From contig OZ241875.1 of assembly GCA_965203325.1 (NCBI GenBank), forward strand, positions 480,001-544,000: a DNA stretch of 64,000 nucleotides. The letters run 5' to 3'. The first letter of the stretch is position 1, and every line of letters begins with the position of its first letter. The position numbers and the translations under genes are program-made. Source of the DNA: a bacterium. GTDB lineage: Bacteria > UBA8248. Shown in pieces: positions 21,827-33,049 of the stretch. Below the pieces are notes generated by a model. It did no database searches. It was not told where the DNA came from and worked only from the letters and a program-made list of their open reading frames with translations.

Positions 21827-22975
21827 TTATTCCTCAATCAAAACGAAATTGTTTCGGTGAATTATCTCATCGTAGTCCTTGCTTCCAAGAATCGAGGCGA
21901 TTTCCCTGGTTTGTTTCCCGGCGATTCGGGCAGCATCCTCACTTGAATAATTCGCCAGTCCGCGCCCAAAAGCCATGCCTTGCACATCTTGTATCTCCAC
22001 CACGTCACCAAACCGAAAATTTCCCCCAACAGATACGACACCACTGGGCAATAGGCTTTTCCCTCTCTTCAACATCGCGTTTACGGCACCGCTATCGAGC
22101 TTGAGCCACCCGCGAGGTTTAGCCGTTGTTCCTATCCAGCCCTTTTTCCCCTTTAAGCGCGCGCCATTCGGCACAAAAAGCGTCCCCAACTGTTCCCCCA
22201 TCACCACCCGTTCAATGACATTAGGGTCCCTGCCTTTCACGATAAGTGTGCTTATGCCCACTTTATTGAGGATGTTAACGGCCTCAACCTTCGTGCGCAT
22301 TCCCCCATGGGCAAGTGGGTTCGGACTGGTGCCTGCGACCGACGCGATTTCCTTAGGTAGACCTTCAACACGATAAATCAAACGCGCCGCTCTTGATTGC
22401 CGGGGATCTTCATCATATAAGCCCGCCACATCTGACAAGATAATGACGAGACCTGCTTGAACCATTTGTGCCGTCTGGGCGGCTAGTGTGTCGTTGTCCC
22501 CAAAACGGATTTCCTCAATGGAAACCGTATCGTTTTCGTTCACAATCGGGAGTACGCCTTTACTAACCAATGCCTCAAAGGTATTACAGGCGTTCAAGAA
22601 TCGGCTTCTCTCATCTAAATCTGAATGGATGAGCAAAACTTGCGCCGTCTCGATTCCCCTTTGTTTGAATGCACGGCCATATGCTTCCATCAAGATGGGT
22701 TGGCCAACGGCAGCGGCGGCTTGACGCTCAGGGACTGCTTTAGGAATTTCTTTAAGCCCCAGCCTTTTTACACCAGCCGCAATAGCTCCAGATGAAACAA
22801 CAACGACTTGCCGCCCCTCTTCTCGGAGTTTCGCGACTTGGGAGGCGATACGCCCCAAAACCCTTCGGTTGACACCTAGTTCATCAGATGCCGTCAAAAC
22901 CGAACTTCCCACCTTGACCACAATGCGTCGGCTTTGGAGAACAGGGTCGTCTCTTTTAATCATCGTTTCACTCAT
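21827..22975 (-). CDS. proB: Glutamate 5-kinase with PUA domain
   Basis: VVKVGSS, VSSGAI, INEND-like VNEND, FGDNDTL, GGMRTK. Confidence 0.97.
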   Translation of the reverse strand: MSETMIKRDDPVLQSRRIVVKVGSSVLTASDELGVNRRVLGRIASQVAKLREEGRQVVVVSSGAIAAGVKRLGLKEIPKAVPERQAAAAVGQPILMEAYGRAFKQRGIETAQVLLIHSDLDERSRFLNACNTFEALVSKGVLPIVNENDTVSIEEIRFGDNDTLAAQTAQMVQAGLVIILSDVAGLYDEDPRQSRAARLIYRVEGLPKEIASVAGTSPNPLAHGGMRTKVEAVNILNKVGISTLIVKGRDPNVIERVVMGEQLGTLFVPNGARLKGKKGWIGTTAKPRGWLKLDSGAVNAMLKRGKSLLPSGVVSVGGNFRFGDVVEIQDVQGMAFGRGLANYSSEDAARIAGKQTREIASILGSKDYDEIIHRNNFVLIEE

Positions 22976-22986
22976 TAGCTCTTTGT

Positions 22987-24301
<1,315 letters not shown>

Positions 24302-24313
24302 TTCCTAATCCTT

Positions 24314-24631
24314 TCATCCTGATCTGAGGATGTCTGTCACTTCTATTTGAGTATAAGGCTGCCTATGCCCTCGTTTGGTGCGGACTTTCTTGCGGCGTTT
24401 GAATCGAAAAGCAATAACTTTTTTCCCCCGCCCGTGCTCACGAATCACCGCTCTTACTTTGGCACTATCCAACGCCTCTTTTTCTGCAACAACATCTTCC
24501 CCATCTACGATAAGTCGGACATCCTCAAACTCGACACTTTCTCCAACATTCCCAAGCAAGCGCTCGACCAAGATTTGATCTCCTGTTTCGATGCGCATCT
24601 GTTTACCACCAGTTTCCACTACAGCATACAT
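24314..24631 (-). CDS. rplU: 50S ribosomal protein L21
   Basis: MYAVVETGGKQ...KRGHRQPYT. Confidence 0.98.
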   Translation of the reverse strand: MYAVVETGGKQMRIETGDQILVERLLGNVGESVEFEDVRLIVDGEDVVAEKEALDSAKVRAVIREHGRGKKVIAFRFKRRKKVRTKRGHRQPYTQIEVTDILRSG

Positions 24632-24780
24632 TCAAACATTCTCCTTGACGCCCAAATTATGCTTTGGTCTTAAAAATCAACTATTTCCCTAACTTCTGAC
24701 CAACGTGGAGGATATCTATCAATCCAGCCCCCAAAAGTCAATTCAAAGTCTGAACAAAATGACTATGTTTTTCATTGTTT

Positions 24781-25152
24781 TTATTCTCTTTTCTTCTTGA
24801 TCAAGCTAAACGTCACCCGTTCGGCCCGATACGATATGGTACGCCTGACAGGCAAATATCCGTTTTTTTGCACAGATACGGTAAAACCCTTAAAGACATC
24901 TGTTATGCCCACCTTGAATTTTAGGCGCAAAGGTGTTTTGCCTTGAAAAACATCATTAATGAAAACATCAGCCTGCGGTGGATTCGAGGTGATGATAAGT
25001 TGACGATCCTTGAATCCTTTAACCGGGTTTTCAACATTTCTCTCCCACCATTTACCCATTTGCTTCCTGGTTTTGGCGCAACCCGACATACTTGGAAGAA
25101 ACAAAAGGAGAATACACAAACCCAGAATAAACCTTGATGAAGTTTTACTCAT
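24781..25152 (-). CDS. PEGA-domain lipoprotein
   Basis: Lipobox MSG-C; ITSNPPQADVFINDVFQGKTP...KNGY PEGA signature. Confidence 0.75.
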   Translation of the reverse strand: MSKTSSRFILGLCILLLFLPSMSGCAKTRKQMGKWWERNVENPVKGFKDRQLIITSNPPQADVFINDVFQGKTPLRLKFKVGITDVFKGFTVSVQKNGYLPVRRTISYRAERVTFSLIKKKRE

Positions 25153-25311
25153 ATCCCATTGATTCCATTTTCGGAACATGATTCCAAACCCTATGAAAAT
25201 CGCCCGACGTGAAAATGCCAAAAGCTATTCAAAACATCAGTTTAACCTGAAAACATCATGAGGAAAAACACCTCAAAATTCAGCTGCCCCCGATTTTATT
25301 GCGGCCTCTTG

Positions 25312-26235
25312 CTACGCGGGTGGTTCGCCCACCTCCTGCCCCGACCATTCCTCAAACATTTGCAGCAATTCCGTCTGGTCTGAATCCGGCCCGTATTTTT
25401 GTAAACCAAGACCATATATCTGCCGGGCATGATTGAGATAAAACGCCGCCACACCGTTTTCGCGTGCCAAATCGCTCCCCATCGAGAGGTCCTTGTGCAT
25501 CAATCCCGTTGAAAAGCCACAGGTAAAGTCCCTGGGTAGAAGAAAGCGGGGCCATTTGTCTTTGGTAGCACTATTCATGCCTGAGCCACCATTGAATACC
25601 TGAAGTGCCTTTTCGGAGTCTAAACCTAACTTCGATGCTAAAACCATGGCCTCCATAGATGCGAGCAGACTCGTGGCCGATAGAAAGTTATTTACGCATT
25701 TCATTGCATGTCCGGATTCTGGTGCTTCATTGATATGAACAATGGTTTTGCCCAATGTCTCGAAAATAGGCATCGCGGCTGCAACAATCTCTTTGGGACC
25801 GCCTGGCATGATCGCCAGAGTGGCGGCTTCTGCACCTACGACACCACCCGAAACCGGTGCACCGATAAGGTGTAGACCCTTGGCTTCCAGACGTGACGCA
25901 AGAACGCTCGTCCTCGTGGGATAGGAGGAACTCATATCGATTATCAATTTTTCCTTATCCAGATGCGTGGATATCCCATCCGGTCCATCGACCACTGCAT
26001 CCACGACATCGCTATCAGGCAACATTGTGATGACGACATCGACCCGCCTGGCGAGGTCGGCCAAGCTTTCTGCTCCTTGCACGCCATCATCCCTCAAGGC
26101 CGCGACATTGTCCGGCCTCGTGTCATAGGCCACGACCGCGTAGTCACCACGCCTCAAATTTTTCGACATAGGCGTTCCCATCTTACCGATTCCGACAAAA
26201 CCGATAGTAACGCTTCCTGGTTCTAGAGTTTTCAT
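25312..26235 (-). CDS. NAD(P)-dependent oxidoreductase, 3-hydroxyisobutyrate dehydrogenase family
   Basis: IGFVGIGKMG, DMSS, APVSGG, MKCVNN, LMHKDL. Confidence 0.92.
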   Translation of the reverse strand: MKTLEPGSVTIGFVGIGKMGTPMSKNLRRGDYAVVAYDTRPDNVAALRDDGVQGAESLADLARRVDVVITMLPDSDVVDAVVDGPDGISTHLDKEKLIIDMSSSYPTRTSVLASRLEAKGLHLIGAPVSGGVVGAEAATLAIMPGGPKEIVAAAMPIFETLGKTIVHINEAPESGHAMKCVNNFLSATSLLASMEAMVLASKLGLDSEKALQVFNGGSGMNSATKDKWPRFLLPRDFTCGFSTGLMHKDLSMGSDLARENGVAAFYLNHARQIYGLGLQKYGPDSDQTELLQMFEEWSGQEVGEPPA

Positions 26236-26411
26236 AATTACCTCGCTGTCTGGATGAAATTTTTTATTGAAGACACCGCCATGCGTGAGGATGTTTTCAT
26301 TCGCTCGAAGGTTTTTGTCAATCCCCGGATGGAGTGGTAAGCTTTTCAGGAATTTCAAGCTTTTCTCATCAATCCGCCCCTTTTTCCATATGCCGCGCAA
26401 GGAGAACCAAA

Positions 26412-27137
26412 ATGGCGCCGATTTCGGCGGACGAGGTAGTATGTTATCTGGAAGAGAATCCTGGTTTTTTCATCGAACATCCGGATTCGCTTCGCCAAAG
26501 CGGCCTGCTGACACAAGACAGCACTTCAGCCAGGGTCCTGAACTTGCGAGCCAAACTTTTTGACCGCCTAAAAGGCGAAAGAGAGGATTTGATACGTCTT
26601 CTCGATGAAACGATAGAAATCGTTCGCCAAAATGAACAAATCGAAAAGGACTTCATCGCAATTGAACAACTTCTCTTTGAGCAAGCACCTTCATTGGCCA
26701 GCCTTACGGAAATCGTAAAGAACATCGAATCGCGCTTTGGAATTGAATACGCGGGCTTTTTACTTCTGGAACCTATCGATGGCATTCCGGTTATCGCGGC
26801 AAAATCTGACGAATCATCCCGCATCCGCCCATTAGGCAAAATAGAAGAAGAACTCGTCCCCATAAAAGGGGGCGTTGCGCTGAAAGGCAAATTGGAGGGA
26901 GGCGGGGGACCCTTGTTCCCAAGTGCATTGAGCGAAAGAATACAATCGTCCGCTATTGTGCCTTTAGAAATCCATGAGAAAAAAATTGGTTTTCTCATAT
27001 TGGGTTCAAAAGACCCCGAGCGATATCAGGAAGGGATGGCGACCCACCTCCTCCGGCGCCTTGCAATGCGTTTGGCTTTGGGTATTTCCATCTTTCAGCG
27101 ATTCAACAATGGAAAAACAGCACAATCGACTCTTTGA
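26412..27137 (+). CDS. DUF484-family GAF-like protein
   Basis: EVVCYLEENPGFF start; LGSKDPERYQEGMATHLL end; GGAG RBS. Confidence 0.85.
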   Translation: MAPISADEVVCYLEENPGFFIEHPDSLRQSGLLTQDSTSARVLNLRAKLFDRLKGEREDLIRLLDETIEIVRQNEQIEKDFIAIEQLLFEQAPSLASLTEIVKNIESRFGIEYAGFLLLEPIDGIPVIAAKSDESSRIRPLGKIEEELVPIKGGVALKGKLEGGGGPLFPSALSERIQSSAIVPLEIHEKKIGFLILGSKDPERYQEGMATHLLRRLAMRLALGISIFQRFNNGKTAQSTL

Positions 27138-27184
27138 ATCAAAGCGCTCGATTCGCCATGTTCTCCTTTCCCACTAATAAATCA

Positions 27185-28606
27185 TCAGGCTGGAACCCCC
27201 TGCGTTTTGGACGCAAGTTCCATGACCTCGGAGATACTGCTCAGATTTTCCAGGTTCCTGACCCGATCGATGAGCAAATCACCCGTTTCCTTTTCGAGCA
27301 CAGGGGCCGTCATCACGCGGAATCTTTCGATTAACTCATCCCACGTCAACGGATTGCGTGAATCCCCCTTGGGATAATCCTGATGCGCTTCGAAAACGCC
27401 GCGATCAGTCTCGATTTCGACACGCGCTTGCCATTTGTCCGGAAATTCCTTTTCCATTTCCGCATCGCCGTAGCATTCAATTTTCTTGATAATGGAGGAG
27501 TAGACCTGAGAACGAAGGAAATCGTCGGCATACTCATCCAGCCCCGCAGCGCGCCTGAGAATCGCTACCGCCACGGCGTATTGAAGGCTGAACTGCGCAT
27601 CAACGATGTTTTGCGGATTCGTTTTCATATCATAGGGTTCGATGACCACCATGACGCTCGTCTCCGGAACCCGGACTTTCACCCGTCTGATTTCCTCAGG
27701 CTGAATATCATGTGCTCTGCAAACTTCGATTGTCGCGTCAATGGAAGCGTGGTTATAGCGACAACAAGCGTAGGGCTTTATGGCACTCTCGCAGATTTCC
27801 CAGTACTCACCAAAGTGCTCCACAACATACTCGGGCGTATAGTCATCACTATGGCCATGCAAAAATCCCGTTTTCCCGCCCAGAATATCTTCCGGCCCCG
27901 TATAACCCTCCTGGGCCAGATAGGCGGCGATGATACCGCTATGCGCCGCCCATCCCGGGTGAAACCTCTTCGTCCAGGCGCCGTTATCGAGATATTGCAT
28001 CGATCCCGCCGCCTGGCTGCCCGAGATGCCCATGGCATTGGAGGTGGCCTCGACCGAGAACCCCAGAAGCTTCGATGCCGTGATCGCGGAGGCGAAAGTG
28101 CCGCATGTGCCCGTGGGATGGAACCCGCGCTCATAGTGGCTCGTCGGGTTCACGGCATTTCCGATGCGATTGGTGACTTCATAACCCGCCACGATAGCGG
28201 CGATTACCCGCTTCGGATCAGGCTGATGCGCCTCGGCAACGGCTAACGTACTGGGCATGACGCTGACGGCAGGATGCAGGCTCGAGCGCGTAGTCACATC
28301 ATCCATTTCGGTAGCGTGGCTGACGCCGCCGTTCACCAGCGCGGCATGAGGGGCATCCGTTTTCAAAGCCGAACCGATAATCGTGCACGGCCCGCCCCGG
28401 GGAGCGCGCTTTTGGGCGAAATTATGAAATACCCGCGAACTGGCCGCTTCCACAGCTCTCAACGTAACGCCGAGGTGATCGAGCAGGAAATACTTTGCGC
28501 GCTCTCTGGCCTCATCGGGCAGAGAATCGTATGTAATGGCGTGAACGTGCTCGACGAGCATTCGGCTGATATTCATTCGAACATCTCCTTCAGTAGAAGC
28601 CGGCAA
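27185..28606 (-). CDS. MmgE/PrpD-family protein (paralog 1)
   Basis: ALVNGGVSHATEMDD, LHP, GFHPTG, KRFHPG, KPYACCRYNH, PKGD. Confidence 0.93.
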   Translation of the reverse strand: MPASTEGDVRMNISRMLVEHVHAITYDSLPDEARERAKYFLLDHLGVTLRAVEAASSRVFHNFAQKRAPRGGPCTIIGSALKTDAPHAALVNGGVSHATEMDDVTTRSSLHPAVSVMPSTLAVAEAHQPDPKRVIAAIVAGYEVTNRIGNAVNPTSHYERGFHPTGTCGTFASAITASKLLGFSVEATSNAMGISGSQAAGSMQYLDNGAWTKRFHPGWAAHSGIIAAYLAQEGYTGPEDILGGKTGFLHGHSDDYTPEYVVEHFGEYWEICESAIKPYACCRYNHASIDATIEVCRAHDIQPEEIRRVKVRVPETSVMVVIEPYDMKTNPQNIVDAQFSLQYAVAVAILRRAAGLDEYADDFLRSQVYSSIIKKIECYGDAEMEKEFPDKWQARVEIETDRGVFEAHQDYPKGDSRNPLTWDELIERFRVMTAPVLEKETGDLLIDRVRNLENLSSISEVMELASKTQGVPA

Positions 28607-28810
28607 GTAGTTTTGAGTCGTAAGCCCGCGGCTGCGCAGGCATTTTTCTCTATCCGGAAATCATACCAGAACTGGCTATATCCTGCCTCAACGCAAGAGC
28701 GGGAAATACGACTCATCCCCCCTCGGGCCACGGATGCGTTTGTCACAGGACATGGCTTGCGGATAGAATTTCCATCACTTCTGCATTCTCATCCATCCTG
28801 GAGGCATGAC

Positions 28811-29155
28811 ATGCAATCCTGCGTCTTTTGCAAAATCGTAGCCGGCGAGATCCCCTGCAAAAAAGTGTATGAAGACGACGCATTGTTTGCATTTGAAGAC
28901 GCCAACCCTGCGGCGCCCACACATATTCTGATCATCCCCAAAAGACACATGGAGACGCTCCACGAAATACAGGATGCGGACAAGGAGTTGATCGGCTCGA
29001 TTTTCGTCGTTGCGAACGAAATCGCCCGGAAACGCGGAATCGCGCAAGATGGTTTTCGAATCGTCGCGAATTGCGGAGAAAACGGGGGCCAAACGGTCTT
29101 TCACATCCACTTTCACCTCCTGGGCGGGCGCCGCATGGAATGGCCGCCGGGCTAG
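28811..29155 (+). CDS. Histidine-triad nucleotide-binding protein (HinT-like)
   Basis: CVFCKI start, GQTVFHIHFHLLGGR HIT motif, WPPG end; GGAGG RBS. Confidence 0.95.
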   Translation: MQSCVFCKIVAGEIPCKKVYEDDALFAFEDANPAAPTHILIIPKRHMETLHEIQDADKELIGSIFVVANEIARKRGIAQDGFRIVANCGENGGQTVFHIHFHLLGGRRMEWPPG

Positions 29156-29264
29156 CAGTCGCATCGCGCGTGAAGTCGTGCAACGGAATGGCGCAGCCGG
29201 TGAACCCGCCGAGCCGCAAGGCGCCTGATGCAAAATCGCCGGAATGCCGGCGCCCTCATGGAAC

Positions 29265-29894
29265 CTACATGACGCGAAACCGCCGCTCCATGGCCCGGCT
29301 CCATTTGCTCGCGTGGTCACCGTCGAACAAAATATCCGGATCCGCAGGCGCCGTATACCAGTCTCCGCGCCTCATCTCGCTCTCCAACTGTCCGCCCCCC
29401 CAGCCGGCATAGCCGACCACGATGACGATTTTCTCGGGCCGCCTGCCCCGGGCCATGGCCCGGAGCAGCGAATCCACCGGGCTTACCGCTACATTCTCTC
29501 CCACTTTATGCGCCACACCGAGTTCTCGCTCCCTCGTATGGAGCACGAAACCGGTATCGGGCGATATCGGCCCGCCGTAGTGAATATCCACGCGGCCCAT
29601 GTCCCCCCGAGGCGCCTCGATACCGAAGCTCCTGAATAGCGCGGAGAGGGGCATTTTCTGCGCGACGCGGTTCAAGATCAGCCCGAAAGCCCCCCTTTCG
29701 CTGTGCTCCACCAAAAGAATGACGCTCCGGCGAAACCGGCCGTCCGGCATGCCGGGGCGGGCGACCAGGAGTTTCCCCTCGTGATACCCCAGGAGCGGGA
29801 GAAACGCCCCCTCCGGGTTCTTGTCCTGTTCCTGGGCGGAGGCGGACATGGTGAAAAACAACACCACCATCGCAGCGAGAAGGATTCGCTTCAC
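29265..29894 (-). CDS. YqgE/AlgH (UPF0301) family protein with N-terminal signal peptide
   Basis: GKLLVARPGMPDGRFRRSVI, GLILN, GGP, GYAGWGGGQLESE. Confidence 0.88.
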   Translation of the reverse strand: MKRILLAAMVVLFFTMSASAQEQDKNPEGAFLPLLGYHEGKLLVARPGMPDGRFRRSVILLVEHSERGAFGLILNRVAQKMPLSALFRSFGIEAPRGDMGRVDIHYGGPISPDTGFVLHTRERELGVAHKVGENVAVSPVDSLLRAMARGRRPEKIVIVVGYAGWGGGQLESEMRRGDWYTAPADPDILFDGDHASKWSRAMERRFRVM

Positions 29895-29895
29895 C

Positions 29896-30969
29896 CTAGG
29901 CCACCCAGCCCCCGCCGTAGAGCACGTCGCCGGCGTAGAAAACGGCCGCCTGCCCCGGCGCCACGGCGCCCAGGTATGCGGGGTCATGGGGCCTGACCTC
30001 GACGGTTCCATCCCCTTTGGGCTTGACGGCGCAGGCGGCGGCGCGGCCCCGGTGCCGCACCTGCACCTGCAAATCCGCGGACTCGGGGGGAATCGACCAG
30101 CGCACGTCCCGGGCCCGGAATACCTCGCGCGCGAGGGCTTCCCGTTCGCCCACCACGACGGTCGCCGAACCCGCTTCCAGTTCCACCACGTAGCGCGGGG
30201 GGCCGCCCCCCAAATCGAGGCCCCGCCTTTGCCCCACGGTGAAGTTGGTCACGCCCCCGTGCCTGCCGAGCACGTTTCCCGCGAGATCCACGATGTCGCC
30301 CGGCCTGTCGATGCCGGGTTTTTCAGATCTCAAGAAAGCGCGGTAATCATCCTTCGGCACGAAGCAAATCTCCTGGCTTTCGGGCTTCTCCGCGGTGGGG
30401 AGACCCAGTTTCCGGGCGTATTCCCTCGTTTGCTCCTTCGTGAACTCGCCCAGGGGGAACGCGGTGCGCGCGAGTTGTTCCTGCGTCATGCCGAAGAGGA
30501 AATAGGTCTGGTCCTTCTCCGCATCGAAACTCCTGGCGACGCTCAGGCGCCCGTCGACCTCCACCCTTCTCGCGTAATGGCCCGTAACGAGCACCTCCGC
30601 GCCGAACGCCACCGCGCGCTCGGCCAGGTAGTCGAACTTCACGGCCTGGTTGCACTTGACGCAGGGCACGGGCGTTCTGCCGCTCTCGTATTCTGAGATG
30701 AAGTCTGCGATCACGCTCTCGCGGAAGGATTCGCGCACGTCCATCACGTAGAAGGGGATGTCGAGCCGGGCCGCCACGGCGCGGGCATCGGCCAGGTCGC
30801 GCGGCGCGCAGCAGCCCCTGTGGAAGGACTCCTGCGCGGGCCTGTCGGCGAGGCGCAGCCCCACGCCGATGGTCTCATGGCCCGCCTCCACCATGAGGGC
30901 CGCGGCCACGGAAGAGTCCACACCGCCGCTCATCGCCACCACCACGCGCTCCGCCATCACCGCCTCCAT
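29896..30969 (-). CDS. mnmA: tRNA 2-thiouridylase
   Basis: AMSGGVDSS, PCVKCN, TGHY, KDQTYFL, ESQEICF, TVGQRRG, PGQAAVFY. Confidence 0.97.
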   Translation of the reverse strand: MEAVMAERVVVAMSGGVDSSVAAALMVEAGHETIGVGLRLADRPAQESFHRGCCAPRDLADARAVAARLDIPFYVMDVRESFRESVIADFISEYESGRTPVPCVKCNQAVKFDYLAERAVAFGAEVLVTGHYARRVEVDGRLSVARSFDAEKDQTYFLFGMTQEQLARTAFPLGEFTKEQTREYARKLGLPTAEKPESQEICFVPKDDYRAFLRSEKPGIDRPGDIVDLAGNVLGRHGGVTNFTVGQRRGLDLGGGPPRYVVELEAGSATVVVGEREALAREVFRARDVRWSIPPESADLQVQVRHRGRAAACAVKPKGDGTVEVRPHDPAYLGAVAPGQAAVFYAGDVLYGGGWVA

Positions 30970-31309
30970 GGTTCACCATCCAATGCCAGGGCACGTTATA
31001 CACCACTCGCTTCCATGGAGGCCAGAAGGCCCGCCCGGCTGGCGCCGCTGCGGGCAAATGCGGGCAATTGCGCGGTCCGGAAAAACTTTTTTAATTCGAT
31101 AAATTTCGATAAAAATATAATACTTTAAATCAGGTTTACATTGTAACTTATTGAATAATTGCTGATTTCCATGTTGATTCGATCCTCGAACAATTTCAGG
31201 AATTTATCCATATTTATCGAATTTTACGGGAAATATCATTACTTTCATTTCCGCCTCGTTCTCGAACACATACGAGCCGTCCCTGGTGAGAAAAAGCCCC
31301 CCTGGGGAG

Positions 31310-31390
31310 GTCGAACGCGTGTGAGGAAAGCGTGTCGAACGCGACTGATGAAGGAGTGTCGAACGCGACTGATGAGGGAGCGTTCGAAGA
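31310..31390. repeat. Short tandem repeat, about 3.5 units of 24 bp (GTCGAACGCGACTGATGAAGGAGT)
   Basis: Units begin at 31310, 31334 and 31358. Confidence 0.75.
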
Positions 31391-31643
31391 CTCTTCATAA
31401 AGGTCCGCCGCCCTCGCCCTCGCCCCGTCACCGCATCCCATGAGAAAGCCTCCGCGCCTTTGCGTTCCGTTCCGGCCCATGCGGGAGATACCGCTCCCCC
31501 GCGCCGCGCGCACGATACCGGATTCCGGGATTGCGGGGATAACGGTAATTGCGGGGAAATGCGGGGTCAAAGCCGATTGATGAATGAGGCTTTGCTCGCT
31601 TATACAGGTGTGGAGCCTTCGTAGGGGCGGCTCGCGAGCCGCC

Positions 31644-31730
31644 CGTGCGGAACAGCATTCCCCGGGCCTGCTGCGCTTCGTTCTTCACCGCCACGAACTT
31701 CATGCTCGGGCGGGAGGCCGCCTCGTAGAT
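31644..31730 (-). pseudogene. IS110-family transposase remnant
   Basis: IYEAASRPSMKFVAVKNEAQQARGMLFRT resembles the conserved IS110 segment after the DEDD domain (EAxxRPxMRFVxVKxxxQQ). Confidence 0.65.
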
Positions 31731-31891
31731 CGTCTGCCTGTGCGCGGGGTTGTCCTTGGCTGGAAACATGATGTGGTTAAAACGTAGCGGGTGCCGCCGC
31801 GGACCGTTCCGGGGCCCATTCGCCGAACCGACCGGCGAACGTAAGCCCAAAGAACATCGCAACTTGAATTAGATACAAAGAGGACCGAGAT

Positions 31892-32794
31892 ATGGATAGC
31901 ACATTTGATGCCGCTGAATTCGTAAAGGACATAGGGGTTCTTCTGGTGCATGCCTATGACGGGGCGCGAAAGGCGACGACACCGGGATTGGTGGGGAGTG
32001 CAATCGAAAAACCAGTGCGCAGGCTGCTGTCAAGCGTGTTGCCGAGAGGCTTATCCGTAGGAACAGGTTGTGTGGTGGACAGCTACGGTAAGACCAGCCG
32101 CCAGATGGACATCGTGTTGTACGAACGGGACATTTGTCCCGTCTACTGCGTAAACGATACACCTGAGGCGACTTACTTCCCCTGTGAGGGTGTTGTGGCG
32201 GTCGGGGAAGTCAAAGCAGCGATTAACGGCCCGAAACTTGACGACTCCTTCGACAAGATCGAGTCGGTCAAGGCGCTGAGGAGACACTGGGACGAGTTCC
32301 AACCGACTGTGCCTCGGGAAAAGAATTACCGGAACTATGGTATTGGGGCGACCATTGCAGGAATTAAATCAGCGAACGAAAACGAGGAGCGGGAGCAAAA
32401 TGAAATATTCGGGTTCGTGCTCACTGGCACATCGAAGCTGACGCCAGAAAGCCTCGTCAAAAGGTATGAGAACCGGGCTAAAACGAACGGAGCCTGGTCA
32501 TGCCCGAACGTGCTGGCAACGATGGACGGCACGTATGTGCGTCCGTTCGTCGCGGATGGAGAGGAACGTGCAATCTCCAAACGATCATTCCATACAGGCG
32601 ACCGTGTCGGGTGCTATGAAGGAACGGCGAGTTTCAACTATTTAATTGACGAGCTCTACGAAGCTTACCGGTACGGACATACAGCCCCACTGACAGCCTT
32701 TCGGCGGTATTTGGTAACACGAGAAGATAGCCAGCCAAGGACCATGCGAGCGCATGGAGTCATGCGAAGCCCCCTAGAAGGAGAACATGGGTGA
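31892..32794 (+). CDS. DUF6602-like protein (putative PD-(D/E)XK nuclease)
   Basis: G..E..VR..L...LP, GCVVDSYGKTSRQMDIVLYE, FPCEGVVAVGEVKA. Confidence 0.75.
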   Translation: MDSTFDAAEFVKDIGVLLVHAYDGARKATTPGLVGSAIEKPVRRLLSSVLPRGLSVGTGCVVDSYGKTSRQMDIVLYERDICPVYCVNDTPEATYFPCEGVVAVGEVKAAINGPKLDDSFDKIESVKALRRHWDEFQPTVPREKNYRNYGIGATIAGIKSANENEEREQNEIFGFVLTGTSKLTPESLVKRYENRAKTNGAWSCPNVLATMDGTYVRPFVADGEERAISKRSFHTGDRVGCYEGTASFNYLIDELYEAYRYGHTAPLTAFRRYLVTREDSQPRTMRAHGVMRSPLEGEHG

Positions 32795-33049
32795 GCCGCC
32801 AGCGTGATACGGAATGGCTTGATTGTGCGGAAATCTGTGATACCGAAAGGCGTTGAGCACAAGGAACGCAGCGGTCCGATTTGATCGAGGAACCCGGAAC
32901 GAAGCCCCACGAAATCCCATTTGACCCGCACCGAGTGTAAAACGATGAAGAGCCGTTGCGCATTGTCATATTCAAGGATGAACAGCACGTCGTCCACCGG
33001 CGCCGCAACCGCTCAGCCAGCCGGACAGGCCGACACAGGGCCGTCGGTT

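Noticed and set aside
31080..31260. oriC
   Set aside because: AT-rich, but only one imperfect DnaA-box-like 9-mer and no dnaA/dnaN/gidA context; kept only as a motif observation
31310..31395. CRISPR array or hammerhead ribozyme (CTGATGA cores)
   Set aside because: Units are contiguous with no unique spacers and no cas genes; the required GAAA and stable stems are missing (GAAG, weak stem II)
32665..32997. 110-aa minus-strand ORF downstream of fic as a toxin or antitoxin
   Set aside because: No recognisable family motif or RBS, and it overlaps the DUF6602-like gene end
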